Assembly (NCBI GenBank): GCA_039809385.1
Contig: JBDHUY010000007.1
Location: forward strand, 33,494-97,493
DNA: 64,000 bases
Direction: 5' to 3'
Source: Candidatus Altimarinota bacterium
Lineage (GTDB): Bacteria > Patescibacteriota > Gracilibacteria > JBDHUY01
This document shows positions 10,413-20,575 of the stretch, in pieces (the first letter of the stretch is position 1; every line of letters starts with the position of its first letter). A program made the position numbers and the translations under genes. A model generated the notes under the pieces. It worked only from the letters and a program-made list of their open reading frames with translations, had not been told where the DNA came from and searched no databases.

Positions 10413-11287
10413 ATCGAAAAAATCCATACCTGATTTATGTGACGGCCTATGGAGAGGAAGCTTTTTACGGGATGGCAGTTGAGTTCTTTCGTATGATTCG
10501 TTTTTTCCATGTTCCTGCAGATCTTTTGTTAATTTGCACAGAATCATTGGATGCATATCCTGCCCTAGCTGAAACAAGTAAGGATCTAGATATTGCAGTT
10601 GAGGTCTTGCCAAAAGCGTATTATTACGATGATATTGTTTGCCGATCGATGAGGTTACAATTGTTTGAACAAAAGGCGATACGGAATATTCATTCCTACC
10701 AGCGCATTGCTTACTTCGATACCGATATCTTTTTTTATACATCACCTCTAGCACTTTTTGAAAAAAGCCTCAAGAGTGATGCCGTAATATTTACCTCGCA
10801 TGATCGAGGAGATCAAAGAACGCACCTCTTTTTCTTGTCACACTATGTCGGACACCCTGAATATGAAGAATTTCAAAAGCGTTTTGTTAATTCCGGCTTC
10901 TTTATTGGCCCGCCATTAAAACTTAAGATTCTTTTGAAAATATGGAGAAATGAATACCTGAAAAGAATAGATGTGATTAGAGAAATGTGGAGCCTCTATA
11001 AAAAAACTGGTCGATTTGAGTATGCAATCTGTAAAGATCAAAACGTTCTTCATTATCTCTTGTGTACTAAGAAAGCTAGGATCGATTTTTTCCCCAGCGA
11101 TCTCATTGTTTTTCGGGATCGATTCCGTTCGGACTCTTCTGTCGGTTGTCATTTATGTGCCTTAAATAAAGATCCTGGATCAATGCTGCAAGAGATCCGT
11201 TTGCGATTCATGTTAGCTCAGAAAATCATAACAAAAGAGTCTTTTGACGCAAAAATATCGATGCTGACTCACGTAATTGATAAATGA
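10409..11287 (+). CDS. GT-A fold glycosyltransferase (DxD)
   Basis: IAYFDTDIFF, VNSGFFIG and KDQNVLHYLL motifs typical of GT8-like nucleotide-sugar transferases; ATGA overlap with murD. Confidence 0.65.
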   Translation: MNRKNPYLIYVTAYGEEAFYGMAVEFFRMIRFFHVPADLLLICTESLDAYPALAETSKDLDIAVEVLPKAYYYDDIVCRSMRLQLFEQKAIRNIHSYQRIAYFDTDIFFYTSPLALFEKSLKSDAVIFTSHDRGDQRTHLFFLSHYVGHPEYEEFQKRFVNSGFFIGPPLKLKILLKIWRNEYLKRIDVIREMWSLYKKTGRFEYAICKDQNVLHYLLCTKKARIDFFPSDLIVFRDRFRSDSSVGCHLCALNKDPGSMLQEIRLRFMLAQKIITKESFDAKISMLTHVIDK

Positions 11288-11320
11288 TAACTGGCTTTTG
11301 ATACTTCTCTTCCTCATAAA

Positions 11321-13711
11321 ATGAGTGGCTATATTGATGAATGGGATTTACTAGAGCCTATTCATATAAGTATTTCACCCCAAGAATCCGAGCATTTTTC
11401 CTCTAGAAATTGGCTTAATCTTATTCAAGCAATTGATGGGAAGATTGACTTGATGAAAAAGCTGAAAAAGCTGCAAACTGGTAACTTGCTCGATGATCCG
11501 ATGTACACATGGCGTAAAATCCAGTGCGGTTCGGACCATTTTGTAAACCTCACACAGTTTTTTCCATTCAAGACACTAGTCGCTTATACACTCCATAGTA
11601 AATTCAAACTCCTTTCAGATCTTGGTGCCATACTTCTTACATTACGAGCAAATCGTCCATTACGCGTTTGGATTGATGGAAAGCTTGTTTTTACTTTACA
11701 AGATTCTCATCATCAGGTTTCAGGAAAATATAAATTCCCGTGCTATTTATTAGCTGGATGGCACAGTGTTTTGATTGTAGTAGCAAATATAGCCGAGCGA
11801 GAGAACCCGAATAGTATCAGTCTTCGACTGTCTTATCCTGGCGGAGGGGACGATGGTATCGCAGTTTTTCAATCGGAAAGTACCCTGGAATATATAACGT
11901 TACAGAGTTTTTATCTGGAGCAAGAGTCTTTTCATCATTTAAGCGACGTGAAGGTTTTCATTCCTCGATCACCCCCCATAGATATAGCTGTTATGCTCCT
12001 GGACGGCTTAACAGGGAAGACTTTGGAACATGCCGTAATCAAAAAAAAATCGTCCGGATATTTTACCTTTAAAAGAATTCGACCTTCACGGATCGGGAAG
12101 TTTGTTATTGATTTTAGAGTTAAAAGTCATACAAAAACTCATATAGAACGGCTTTCACGCCAAGTAAATTTCTTTGTATATCCGCAGAATTATAAGAATT
12201 CGATTCAGGGTTTCAAGACAAGAAAACGTCTGATCCTTGCTCATGCTGCACATACATTGAATGACTCAATCTTCTCTGAGATCGCCAGGCTTGAGTTAGG
12301 GACAGAAAGTATTAACCAAAGAAATGTTCTGTCGTGTGCGAGTAACGTATCTTCTCGAAGGGATTGCAGTGATTTTAATCTCGCGGGTCTTTTACGTTTT
12401 CAATATCTTCTCTCAAGACAGAAAGAAAACCATTTGTCCTTGAAAACCCAGAAAACAGTACGCAATACGATACTTCAATTTCGGTACTGGGAAACCGAAC
12501 CTGGGAATGATGCGATGTGTTTTCGGTCCGAGAATCATCAGATCCTGTTTTATAGTAATGAGCTACTTGCCTCACAACTATTCCCAAATGCTGTATTTTC
12601 CAATGATCGTCGTCTGTCTAAGCTGCATCGCAATGATGCAAGCGGTCGAATAATGAAATGGTTCTCGAATCGTGAGGGTGGAGCTTTTTATGAATGGTTG
12701 TCGAATGTTTATTTTGAACAAGATATTCTTGCATTGATGAATCTCGTCGATTTTTCAGAAAATAAAAGAATCGTAGATCTTGCAATCGATTTTATAGCTC
12801 GTATTCTCGAACAGATATCGATATGTTCATTCAAAGGCGTATTCGGAACAACACATGGGAGAACCTATTCGATATATCTAAAAAATCCATCTCTGGAACC
12901 GACATCTTTAATATCCTATCTACTTTCAGGGAAAGGTTGCTTTAATGATAATGTAATGGGAGTAACGGCATTACTGACCAGTTCTTCGTTCCCAAAGATA
13001 TCAGGCAATTCTGCCAACTTATTGGTCGGAGATAAGCAAATATCTTATGCAGGAAAAAATGACTTTATTGGATCCTCTTGGAACAGGAGTATTAAAATTC
13101 AAAAAAGATCATCGTATATGTTAAGTTCAATTGAAAATCATAAACCGGGACAACAAGGGCACCATGAGCATGTTTGGCAAGCCACTTTCGATCATGAGAC
13201 ATTTGTTTTTACAAATTCACCTTACTGTATCAGTGAACAAAGATCTCATCGTCCAGGTTATTGGCATGGAAATCTCGTACTACCCAAAGTTGTTCACTAT
13301 AATAGTACTATTGTTCTAGTATATCCCTCCTCTCTAAACCATTCAGCGGCATTGAATTATACGCATGCCTTTTTCCCTATAAAAAAATTCGATTGTTATT
13401 ATATGGATACAAATTCTATTTTAGCGAAGAAAGGCAGGGCCGTTATTCACCTATATTCTCACAGACCATTGACCGTAACTATCGAAGGCCCCAACGCTTA
13501 TCGAGAACTTATTGCGGTTGGAGAATCTAATATTTGGATATGCCAATTGTATGAATTACCCCATGCGGACTCAATAAACAATATTAGTGATTTGATGCAT
13601 ACTCCCCAACTTGTCACAGATTCCGCCTGTATTGAATTCCATAGTATCGAGAACGATTTATTCCAAGTTTCGATGGACAATATATTGATTAATGGTTCCA
13701 TCCTAAAATAG
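11321..13711 (+). CDS. Large uncharacterised protein, possibly a heparinase/polysaccharide-lyase-like carbohydrate-active enzyme
   Basis: 796 aa; beta-rich N-terminus, helical core with RRDCSDF, SENHQIL, EWLSNVY and THGRTY, beta-rich C-terminus; sits between two glycosyltransferase genes; function is inference. Confidence 0.5.
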   Translation: MSGYIDEWDLLEPIHISISPQESEHFSSRNWLNLIQAIDGKIDLMKKLKKLQTGNLLDDPMYTWRKIQCGSDHFVNLTQFFPFKTLVAYTLHSKFKLLSDLGAILLTLRANRPLRVWIDGKLVFTLQDSHHQVSGKYKFPCYLLAGWHSVLIVVANIAERENPNSISLRLSYPGGGDDGIAVFQSESTLEYITLQSFYLEQESFHHLSDVKVFIPRSPPIDIAVMLLDGLTGKTLEHAVIKKKSSGYFTFKRIRPSRIGKFVIDFRVKSHTKTHIERLSRQVNFFVYPQNYKNSIQGFKTRKRLILAHAAHTLNDSIFSEIARLELGTESINQRNVLSCASNVSSRRDCSDFNLAGLLRFQYLLSRQKENHLSLKTQKTVRNTILQFRYWETEPGNDAMCFRSENHQILFYSNELLASQLFPNAVFSNDRRLSKLHRNDASGRIMKWFSNREGGAFYEWLSNVYFEQDILALMNLVDFSENKRIVDLAIDFIARILEQISICSFKGVFGTTHGRTYSIYLKNPSLEPTSLISYLLSGKGCFNDNVMGVTALLTSSSFPKISGNSANLLVGDKQISYAGKNDFIGSSWNRSIKIQKRSSYMLSSIENHKPGQQGHHEHVWQATFDHETFVFTNSPYCISEQRSHRPGYWHGNLVLPKVVHYNSTIVLVYPSSLNHSAALNYTHAFFPIKKFDCYYMDTNSILAKKGRAVIHLYSHRPLTVTIEGPNAYRELIAVGESNIWICQLYELPHADSINNISDLMHTPQLVTDSACIEFHSIENDLFQVSMDNILINGSILK

Positions 13712-13719
13712 GAAAGCAT

Positions 13720-14865
13720 ATGCACATACTTATTACTTGGTTGGTTACCTCTTATGGTGGAGCAGAAAAGTCCATTGAGTACCTGGCAAATCATATCGTG
13801 GAGCATGTTCAAAAAGTGACACTTGTTATATGCGATCTGTCAGAGTTACCCGCTGTCGTAAGTCAGTTAAATCTGGTTCGATCGATAGAAGTCCATTGGA
13901 CCTATTCTTTAAACGAATACATGAGTGTATTGCAACAAGTGCTTTATGATAAACAAAAAACATTTATTCAAAGAGTAATCACAAATCATAGAACTTATGC
14001 AGTCGATATCCCTATTGCGCATAAAAATAATATTCCAACCATCACTGTTTTTCGCGCTATCCTTTTCAAGGATAAAAAAATCAGAACACTTGTTATTAAG
14101 GATGATATATTGTGCTTTATAGGTGTAAGACCATCTGATTTTTATTGGGATACCTTGTTGCTCGGTAAGAACTTTTGCGTTGGCGTTAGTGAATGTGTAA
14201 CAAATTCATTACAGCGATACCTTCGAGAAGGGAGAAATAGTATGTCCATTTATCACGGACTTCCTTTGAAGCTATTTTCTGAAAACGACCGACAGTCATA
14301 TTCTGGAAAATCAGAGTATTTTAAGGTACTTGTTCTCAGCAGGCTTATTAAATGGAAAAGAGTTGATGTTGCCATAAAAGCCTTAAAAATAGCTGTTCGA
14401 GAAATACCTAAAGTGCAATTAACTATCATTGGAGATGGTGAAGAAATGAGAACTCTCCTACAACTAGTGGATAAATACTCGTTAAATAAGTATGTTAAAT
14501 TCTATGGTTGGCAAAATATAACTTCTCCATGGTTTCTACAGCATGATGTTTACTTTCAAACCTCTCCTATGGAGAGCTTTGGATTTACAGTTGCTGAAGC
14601 TGCTGCAGCACGAACTATCATTCTTGCTCCCAATAGTGGAGCAATGCCGGAATTAATTAAGCATGGAAATACTGGGTATTTGTTCAGATCGAATAATTAT
14701 AAAGATGCGGCTGCTCTTTTGGTCAAAATTAGTCAAATGTCGAGTATAAAAAGACAGAAAATTGTGAACCGTAATTACGATTATTTCTTCAAGTACTTCA
14801 ATGCAGTATACGAATCTCGGCAATATTTGAAATTGATGAGAACTCTCCCGAGTGAGTTAAAATAA
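13720..14865 (+). CDS. Glycosyltransferase family 4 (GT-B)
   Basis: N-terminal YGGAEK, SRLIKWKRVD, IIGDGE, ESFGFTVAEA (EX7E). Confidence 0.9.
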   Translation: MHILITWLVTSYGGAEKSIEYLANHIVEHVQKVTLVICDLSELPAVVSQLNLVRSIEVHWTYSLNEYMSVLQQVLYDKQKTFIQRVITNHRTYAVDIPIAHKNNIPTITVFRAILFKDKKIRTLVIKDDILCFIGVRPSDFYWDTLLLGKNFCVGVSECVTNSLQRYLREGRNSMSIYHGLPLKLFSENDRQSYSGKSEYFKVLVLSRLIKWKRVDVAIKALKIAVREIPKVQLTIIGDGEEMRTLLQLVDKYSLNKYVKFYGWQNITSPWFLQHDVYFQTSPMESFGFTVAEAAAARTIILAPNSGAMPELIKHGNTGYLFRSNNYKDAAALLVKISQMSSIKRQKIVNRNYDYFFKYFNAVYESRQYLKLMRTLPSELK

Positions 14866-14980
14866 GGAGTGTTGTGAACGACCTGGCGTTGGATTTATCG
14901 TGATTAATCTATCCTCCTTATGTATTTCGGTATATTATACGCTCTGTCAGACTAATACTTTTCCTGCTTTTCTTCTTCCT

Positions 14981-15166
14981 ATGGTCAACATGGACAGCGG
15001 GTTGCCGCCGGTGCGTCGTTTCAAGCCCACGAAAAAAGACCTGGAGCGACTCAAAAAGGGTGGCAAGGAGGCCCAAAAAATTCACAATATGGCTGAAGAA
15101 CAGCATCGTAGTCAAGAAATCCCCGAAGCTGAAAAAAACCTTGAAAACGAACTGAAAGAGGTATAA
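14981..15166 (+). CDS. Small charged hypothetical protein
   Basis: ~60-aa ORF with an ATG after a pyrimidine tract, like other genes in this window; K/E-rich helical composition. Confidence 0.5.
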   Translation: MVNMDSGLPPVRRFKPTKKDLERLKKGGKEAQKIHNMAEEQHRSQEIPEAEKNLENELKEV

Positions 15167-15202
15167 AAGAGAGGGGATATTTTTTTCTTCTCACTGACTT
15201 GT

Positions 15203-15799
15203 ATGCCGCTTTCAGAAAATCATGAAACTACAGTTCCAACGGTTAATGCTACTAATCGTAGGCTCTTTCCAGTTGTGCCGGCTCTTACCCTTGCGCTTAC
15301 GTTTTTTGCTCATGCTACCTTGGCTCATGCTGGTATTATTCAGAACTCACAAGAACCATCCGATCAAAAAGCCCCGCTTGCCGCGGTTGAAAAAAACAAG
15401 ATATCGGAGTTTGATGAGTTCTTGCATAAAATCGGTCCTCAAGGCAAGTACCTTGTGTATGTCAAACAACGTGTTGATCGTCTCCAAAAAGCTATGCAGG
15501 AAATTCAAGATACCCTGCAATATTCGGAGACTGAGAGAAAGTTGCGCTTAAATCCCTATGTTCAGGCACTTGAAGAACAGAAAGCGGTTCTGGAATTGTA
15601 TAAACAAGCACAGCAATTATTTCAGAACGGTCAAGCAGAGGCTGCCACAAAACGTATACAATCTTTCAATATCGACCAATCAACAAAGGTACCCAAGCCC
15701 AAATCGATGAGGAGTAGTGATCGTCGAAAGAATATTCCACCGCATGAAGAGTATCGCGGTCCCTTTCGTGCCGTAAATGCCATCAAGAAGTATCCTTGA
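15203..15799 (+). CDS. Hypothetical exported helical protein
   Basis: Hydrophobic stretch ending in AHATLAHA (AxA cleavage-like), followed by a coiled coil. Confidence 0.6.
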   Translation: MPLSENHETTVPTVNATNRRLFPVVPALTLALTFFAHATLAHAGIIQNSQEPSDQKAPLAAVEKNKISEFDEFLHKIGPQGKYLVYVKQRVDRLQKAMQEIQDTLQYSETERKLRLNPYVQALEEQKAVLELYKQAQQLFQNGQAEAATKRIQSFNIDQSTKVPKPKSMRSSDRRKNIPPHEEYRGPFRAVNAIKKYP

Positions 15800-15896
15800 T
15801 CTGTTCATTGTTGTACCTTTGGAGAAACTCATGACTTTTTTCTGCATATCGGTATAATACGACCGATAGTCTTTACTTTTGTACCATTCTTTCCCT

Positions 15897-17636
15897 ATGC
15901 GTGTGCGATTTTCCAAATTTTTGGCCCTGTTTCTGGCCTTCTCCCTCTTACTGGCTTCTCTCTCTGTTTCGACGGTGAGGGCCGATTTTCTCGATATCCC
16001 GGCCAATAGCGATATATATCCTGCCGCAAATTATTACCAGAAAACCGGTATTATCACCGGAAAGCCAGACGGACTTTTTCACCCCGAACTTCCGGTAACC
16101 CGGGCCGAGTTTCTCAAAATTCTGATCGGTAATATCGATGAGGATGAAGACCTTAGTTATATTTCGGTGCTTTTCCCCGATGTCCCCAAGGGATCTTGGT
16201 TTGAGCCTTTTGTCAAAGTTGCGCTCAAAAGAGCTATCCTCAAAAGCAGCACCGAAAATTTCAATCCCCAGGGGCCGATTACCTGGCTCGAAGCGGTCCA
16301 ATATCTGTACCGAACCTATTATCGTGTGCCTCTACCCAAAGTAGTCACCTCGGTATTTCAGTACTCCGATTTTAATAAAAATTTGCAGCCATCCGAGCAC
16401 GCCAAAGTAGCGCAGGCTCTGGAGGACGGTTTGCTTCTGCCCGTTTCATCCGATCAGCTGGGCCTCTACCGGTCACCCACGCGCGGAGAAACATTGGGAT
16501 TTCTCTATAAAGCTCGCGGGTTGTATCAATACACGCTCAAGGGCGACGTCGGCGAACTGGAACAAGAACTTTTTAACAAAGTCGATCCCAAGCTAAAACA
16601 AATCCTCCTGGACGTCTATGATCTGGTGCATAGCGAATATTTGCGACAAGAGGACATTGATGACGAAGCTCTTATTTATAATGCTATTCGCGGATACGTC
16701 GAAGGTCTCGAGGATCCCTACTCCGGTTTCTATCCGCCTGTGGCGGCCGAAGAGTTGCAGAACCATCTTGACGGTGATGACTTCGAAGGTATTGGTGCCA
16801 CTATCGACACGTATGCCGGTCAAATCCGCGTAATTGCTCCGATCAAAGACTCTCCCGCCGATAAAGCCGGCATGCGCGAGGGGGATGTCATTGTCGCGAT
16901 CGACGGCGAGGAAACCCTCTATCTCTCCTTGCAAGAAGTAGTCCATAAGATCCGCGGTCCTAAAGGAACGACGGTCAAGATAACCGTGCAACGTATCGGT
17001 ACTTCCGACCCCATTGAACTTTCGATCGTCCGCGATGTCATTAGCGTGGCACCAGTAGAATTTATGTCTTATCCCGGCAATGTCGCCTATTTCCGGCTGA
17101 CCCAGTTCGTCCCCGATCTTCCCGACCAATTTAAAAAAGTCTACGACCAGAATATTCAGACGAAACCTGCGGGACTGGTCTTGGATGTTCGCAATAACCC
17201 GGGTGGCTCGCTAAATGCCGTGGCACAAATGTGTTCCTTTATTGCTCAAAAGGATGATATTCTCTTATCTCTGCGTGATCATGATGAACGTGAAATCGTA
17301 CAAGTGCATGAAGACGGATTTCTAGCCGGTATTCCGCTGGTTGTTTTGGTAAATAAAGGCAGCGCTTCTGCTTCTGAGATCTTGGCCGCTTGTGTTCAGG
17401 ATAATCAGCGTGGAACAATCATTGGAGAAAGAACGTATGGCAAAGGAGTAGTACAGCGAGTATACGATCTCGATAATAACTCGATCCTGAAGCTGACGAT
17501 CAGCGAATGGCTTACTCCCAAAGGCAACTCGGTCCATAAAAAAGGAGTTATGCCAGATAAGGAAGTCAAAGCCGACCCCAACGACAGAAATAACGATCTG
17601 CCCCTTAAGGAAGCTCTACGGACGTTGGGGTACTAA
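15897..17636 (+). CDS. S41A C-terminal processing protease with N-terminal SLH domains and PDZ
   Basis: Signal peptide; SLH motifs (GIITGKPDGLFHPELPVTRAE, FPDVPKGSWF); PDZ FEGIGA..SPADKAGMREGD; DVRNNPGG, SASASEI, TYGKG. Confidence 0.92.
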   Translation: MRVRFSKFLALFLAFSLLLASLSVSTVRADFLDIPANSDIYPAANYYQKTGIITGKPDGLFHPELPVTRAEFLKILIGNIDEDEDLSYISVLFPDVPKGSWFEPFVKVALKRAILKSSTENFNPQGPITWLEAVQYLYRTYYRVPLPKVVTSVFQYSDFNKNLQPSEHAKVAQALEDGLLLPVSSDQLGLYRSPTRGETLGFLYKARGLYQYTLKGDVGELEQELFNKVDPKLKQILLDVYDLVHSEYLRQEDIDDEALIYNAIRGYVEGLEDPYSGFYPPVAAEELQNHLDGDDFEGIGATIDTYAGQIRVIAPIKDSPADKAGMREGDVIVAIDGEETLYLSLQEVVHKIRGPKGTTVKITVQRIGTSDPIELSIVRDVISVAPVEFMSYPGNVAYFRLTQFVPDLPDQFKKVYDQNIQTKPAGLVLDVRNNPGGSLNAVAQMCSFIAQKDDILLSLRDHDEREIVQVHEDGFLAGIPLVVLVNKGSASASEILAACVQDNQRGTIIGERTYGKGVVQRVYDLDNNSILKLTISEWLTPKGNSVHKKGVMPDKEVKADPNDRNNDLPLKEALRTLGY

Positions 17637-17692
17637 CGTATATGGAAAAAATTGAATGATTCTTTAGGCTGACCGTATTTGTTAGTACGTTA

Positions 17693-17733
17693 AACAATAA
17701 ACCCGTATCGAGTTTAGATACGGGTTTATTGTT
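17693..17733. terminator. Bidirectional intrinsic terminator
   Basis: AACAATAAACCCGTATC-7 nt-GATACGGGTTTATTGTT perfect stem between convergent genes. Confidence 0.75.
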
Positions 17734-18172
17734 CAGTTTCGTTCCCGAATAATTCTTCCATACGCGCCTGTTTCTTGTTTTCCTTGAAGCGCTCGACAAA
17801 GCTGTTACCGACCCGTACCGCAAAATCGGGCTCTATCTGGATCAGCTCGCTAAATAACTTCTGATCGATTACCAATAGGTGACAATCGGTTAGAGCTGTA
17901 GCGGTGGCGTTACGCTTTTCGGTATGCAACAGCGCCATCTCTCCGAAAAAATCGTACCGGTCCAGGATCGAAGTCTGAATTCCCTGTTCTTCGTTGATGA
18001 TTTCTACCTGCCCGCTCAGGATGATATACATGGCATCCACCGGATCGTTTTGACGAAAGATCATGGTGTGTGCCGGGACTGCGTTTTCGCGACTTCTGCT
18101 TTGTATCGCATCAAGGGTGGCAGGGGTAAATCCGGCAAATAAGGGAATTTCGGGAAAAGGGATGGCAGTCAT
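17726..18172 (-). CDS. Stand-alone cyclic-nucleotide-binding domain protein
   Basis: IFRQNDPVDAMYIILSGQVEI, FFGEMALL, RNATATA phosphate-binding cassette; no HTH. Confidence 0.9.
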   Translation of the reverse strand: MTAIPFPEIPLFAGFTPATLDAIQSRSRENAVPAHTMIFRQNDPVDAMYIILSGQVEIINEEQGIQTSILDRYDFFGEMALLHTEKRNATATALTDCHLLVIDQKLFSELIQIEPDFAVRVGNSFVERFKENKKQARMEELFGNETEQ

Positions 18173-18338
18173 GGAAAATGGACGAAGAGATGAATACTTG
18201 CTTTATTGTAACAAAATGGCAGGATTTGACAACCATGGGTTTTGACCCCCATTTTCCACATGGGAAAAAAGATTTTGAGACAGCAAAGTATGTCCCTTAT
18301 ACTGCAAACAGGCTTTTCCCTCACTCCCATACTTTATT

Positions 18339-20051
18339 ATGCGCAAACATGTTTTTCTGCTCTTGATAGGGATATCATTGCTTCTTCCTTTTCTTTCCGT
18401 ACAAGCGGCCGGACCCGAGCGTATCGAAAGCTTTACCAGCGATATAACACTTTCTCCCGATAGCAGCTATGTAGTAGAAGAAACGATCGTGTATAATTTC
18501 GGAGTTTTGAGCCGTCACGGTATGTATCGCGATATTCCGGTGTCGTATCGTCGCCCCGAAGGAAACTTCCGGGTTCGTTTGCAAATTCTTGAGGTAAAAA
18601 ATAAATTTGCGACTCCGTACCCCTACGAAACTTCCAGTGAAGGCGATAGTCTCAGGATTAAAATCGGCGATCCCGACACGACCGTTTCGGGAGAGCAAAC
18701 GTATGTGATTCGCTATCGTATCGAACGCGGTATAAACTTCTTTGGGGCAACAGATGAACTCTACTGGAATGTTACCGGAAACAAATGGGATATTCCGATC
18801 GAACAAGCCAAAGCGGTCATTCACATCCCGGATCGCAGTATGACCGCTTCCTTACAGAAAGCCTGTTTTCTTGGTAGGGAAGGCGACAATGACGATAGTT
18901 CTTGCTTATTTGTTCCCATATCCGCAGGATTTGAAGTGTCTGCCAAGCGGCCACTGGGGGCCGGAGAAGGTTTGACCTTTGTCCTGGGACTTCCCAAGGG
19001 ATTTCTCGTGCAACCACCCTGGTATCAGCATCTTTGGTGGACAATTCAGGATAACTGGATCGTTTTTATTCCCGTACTCGTATTTTTGTTTTTATTCTGG
19101 CGTTGGCGGACTACGGGGCGCGATCCCGAAACCCACAAACATATTGCCCCGATGTACGGTCCGCCCGATCAGCTGTCGCCGGCGGAAGTGGGTGTAGTCT
19201 ACGACGAGACTGCCGATATGACCGATATCTCGGCGGCGCTGATCCACCTGGCAGTAAGGGGGTATATACGGATCGTGCAGCAGGGAAAAGAGGAAAAAAA
19301 ATCCGATTATCAGTTCATTCGACTCAAGGCGGCTGATCAATCCCTGACATCCTTTGAAAAAAGCCTGTTAGCGGCAATTTTTTCAGGATCGATAAACGAT
19401 GTAAAGCTTAGCGAACTGAAGAACAAGTTTTACAAACACTTGGCCGCCCTGAAAAACGATTTGTACGATACACTTACCGGTAACGACTATTTCCCTAAAA
19501 ATCCCGACAAGGTTCGCAGTACGTATATCGTATGGGGCGTGCTCGTACTGATCGCCGCATTCGTGGTTGGCGGTATTGTCGGCGGTTTGGGAATCGCGGC
19601 GCTGGCAGTCACAGGTATTCTTATCTGTATTTTCGCACCGCTTATGCCCCGCAAAACGCGTAAAGGGGCCGAAGCCTTTATCCATATTCTGGGGTTACGG
19701 TTATACCTGAACCGTGCCGAGAAGAAGCAAATCGATTTTTTGAACGCACCCGAAAAAAATCCCGAGCTCTTCGAAAAACTTCTGCCCTATGCCATGGTAC
19801 TGGGGGTGGAAACAGCCTGGGCCAATGAATTTAAAGATATTTATACAACTCCGCCGGAATGGTTCTCTACTGGTACCGCAAACAACTTTTCAACCGGGTT
19901 TCTGCTAGGAGCATTACATGATTTTTCCACGGCCAGCAACGCCTCTTTTGTCTCGACGCCTGCGAGTAGTAGTGCTGGCAGCGGTGGCAGCGGTTTTTCG
20001 GGCGGATTCTCGGGGGGCGGCTTTGGGGGCGGGGGCGGCGGAAGCTGGTAG
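18339..20051 (+). CDS. DUF2207 membrane protein
   Basis: Signal peptide, DELYWNVTG, LSPAEVG, LLPYAMVLGV, Gly-rich C-terminus GFSGGGFGGGGGGSW. Confidence 0.92.
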   Translation: MRKHVFLLLIGISLLLPFLSVQAAGPERIESFTSDITLSPDSSYVVEETIVYNFGVLSRHGMYRDIPVSYRRPEGNFRVRLQILEVKNKFATPYPYETSSEGDSLRIKIGDPDTTVSGEQTYVIRYRIERGINFFGATDELYWNVTGNKWDIPIEQAKAVIHIPDRSMTASLQKACFLGREGDNDDSSCLFVPISAGFEVSAKRPLGAGEGLTFVLGLPKGFLVQPPWYQHLWWTIQDNWIVFIPVLVFLFLFWRWRTTGRDPETHKHIAPMYGPPDQLSPAEVGVVYDETADMTDISAALIHLAVRGYIRIVQQGKEEKKSDYQFIRLKAADQSLTSFEKSLLAAIFSGSINDVKLSELKNKFYKHLAALKNDLYDTLTGNDYFPKNPDKVRSTYIVWGVLVLIAAFVVGGIVGGLGIAALAVTGILICIFAPLMPRKTRKGAEAFIHILGLRLYLNRAEKKQIDFLNAPEKNPELFEKLLPYAMVLGVETAWANEFKDIYTTPPEWFSTGTANNFSTGFLLGALHDFSTASNASFVSTPASSSAGSGGSGFSGGFSGGGFGGGGGGSW

Positions 20052-20513
20052 GGAAGAAGTTTGGAGATTGGAGAGGGGAGTTGGCAGGGGCAGCCTGACA
20101 GCCTGTTTGCAGTGGGATCGTCTTCCTTCTTCTTGGCGGGGCTGGTTTCTTAAACCGCCATCCCGCCCATAAAGCGAGCCCATTGAGGCTTGTCCGGAAC
20201 CTCTTCATTTACCTGGAACTTTGTGAGCGTTTTTTATGATGCTTCACCAATACCAATTCCATTTCAAACTAACATGTTGTATTTTTCGTGTACTACAATG
20301 TTTTTGTCACCCTGGCTGGCTTGTTCTGCCAAGGGCGGTGTTCCAGAATCCGTAATATCACTCAGATTTTCGAAATTCGGCGCAATAAACATGTCCGAAC
20401 GTTTACCGATCCCGGGCGAGCCGGGATGACCATTGATGATTGATGTGTGCCTTTGTAGCAGATTGATTTTGAACTGGTACGGTATCCTGTTAACCACATA
20501 GGAGGAATATACA

Positions 20514-20547
20514 AAAAAACCGCTGTCCGCAGTGACAACGGTTTTTT
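20514..20547 (-). terminator. Intrinsic terminator of the SLH protein gene
   Basis: AAAAAACCGCTGTC..GACAACGGTTTTTT stem flanked by A/T runs, just downstream of the 20576 stop. Confidence 0.65.
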
Positions 20548-20575
20548 CATTATATTCGATAACTCTTTACATGAA

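Noticed and set aside
20060-20510. Possible RNase P, tmRNA or small gene between DUF2207 and the SLH gene
   Set aside because: No RNase P GAGGAAAGTCC motif or tmRNA tRNA-like ends; the short ORFs lack supporting features.
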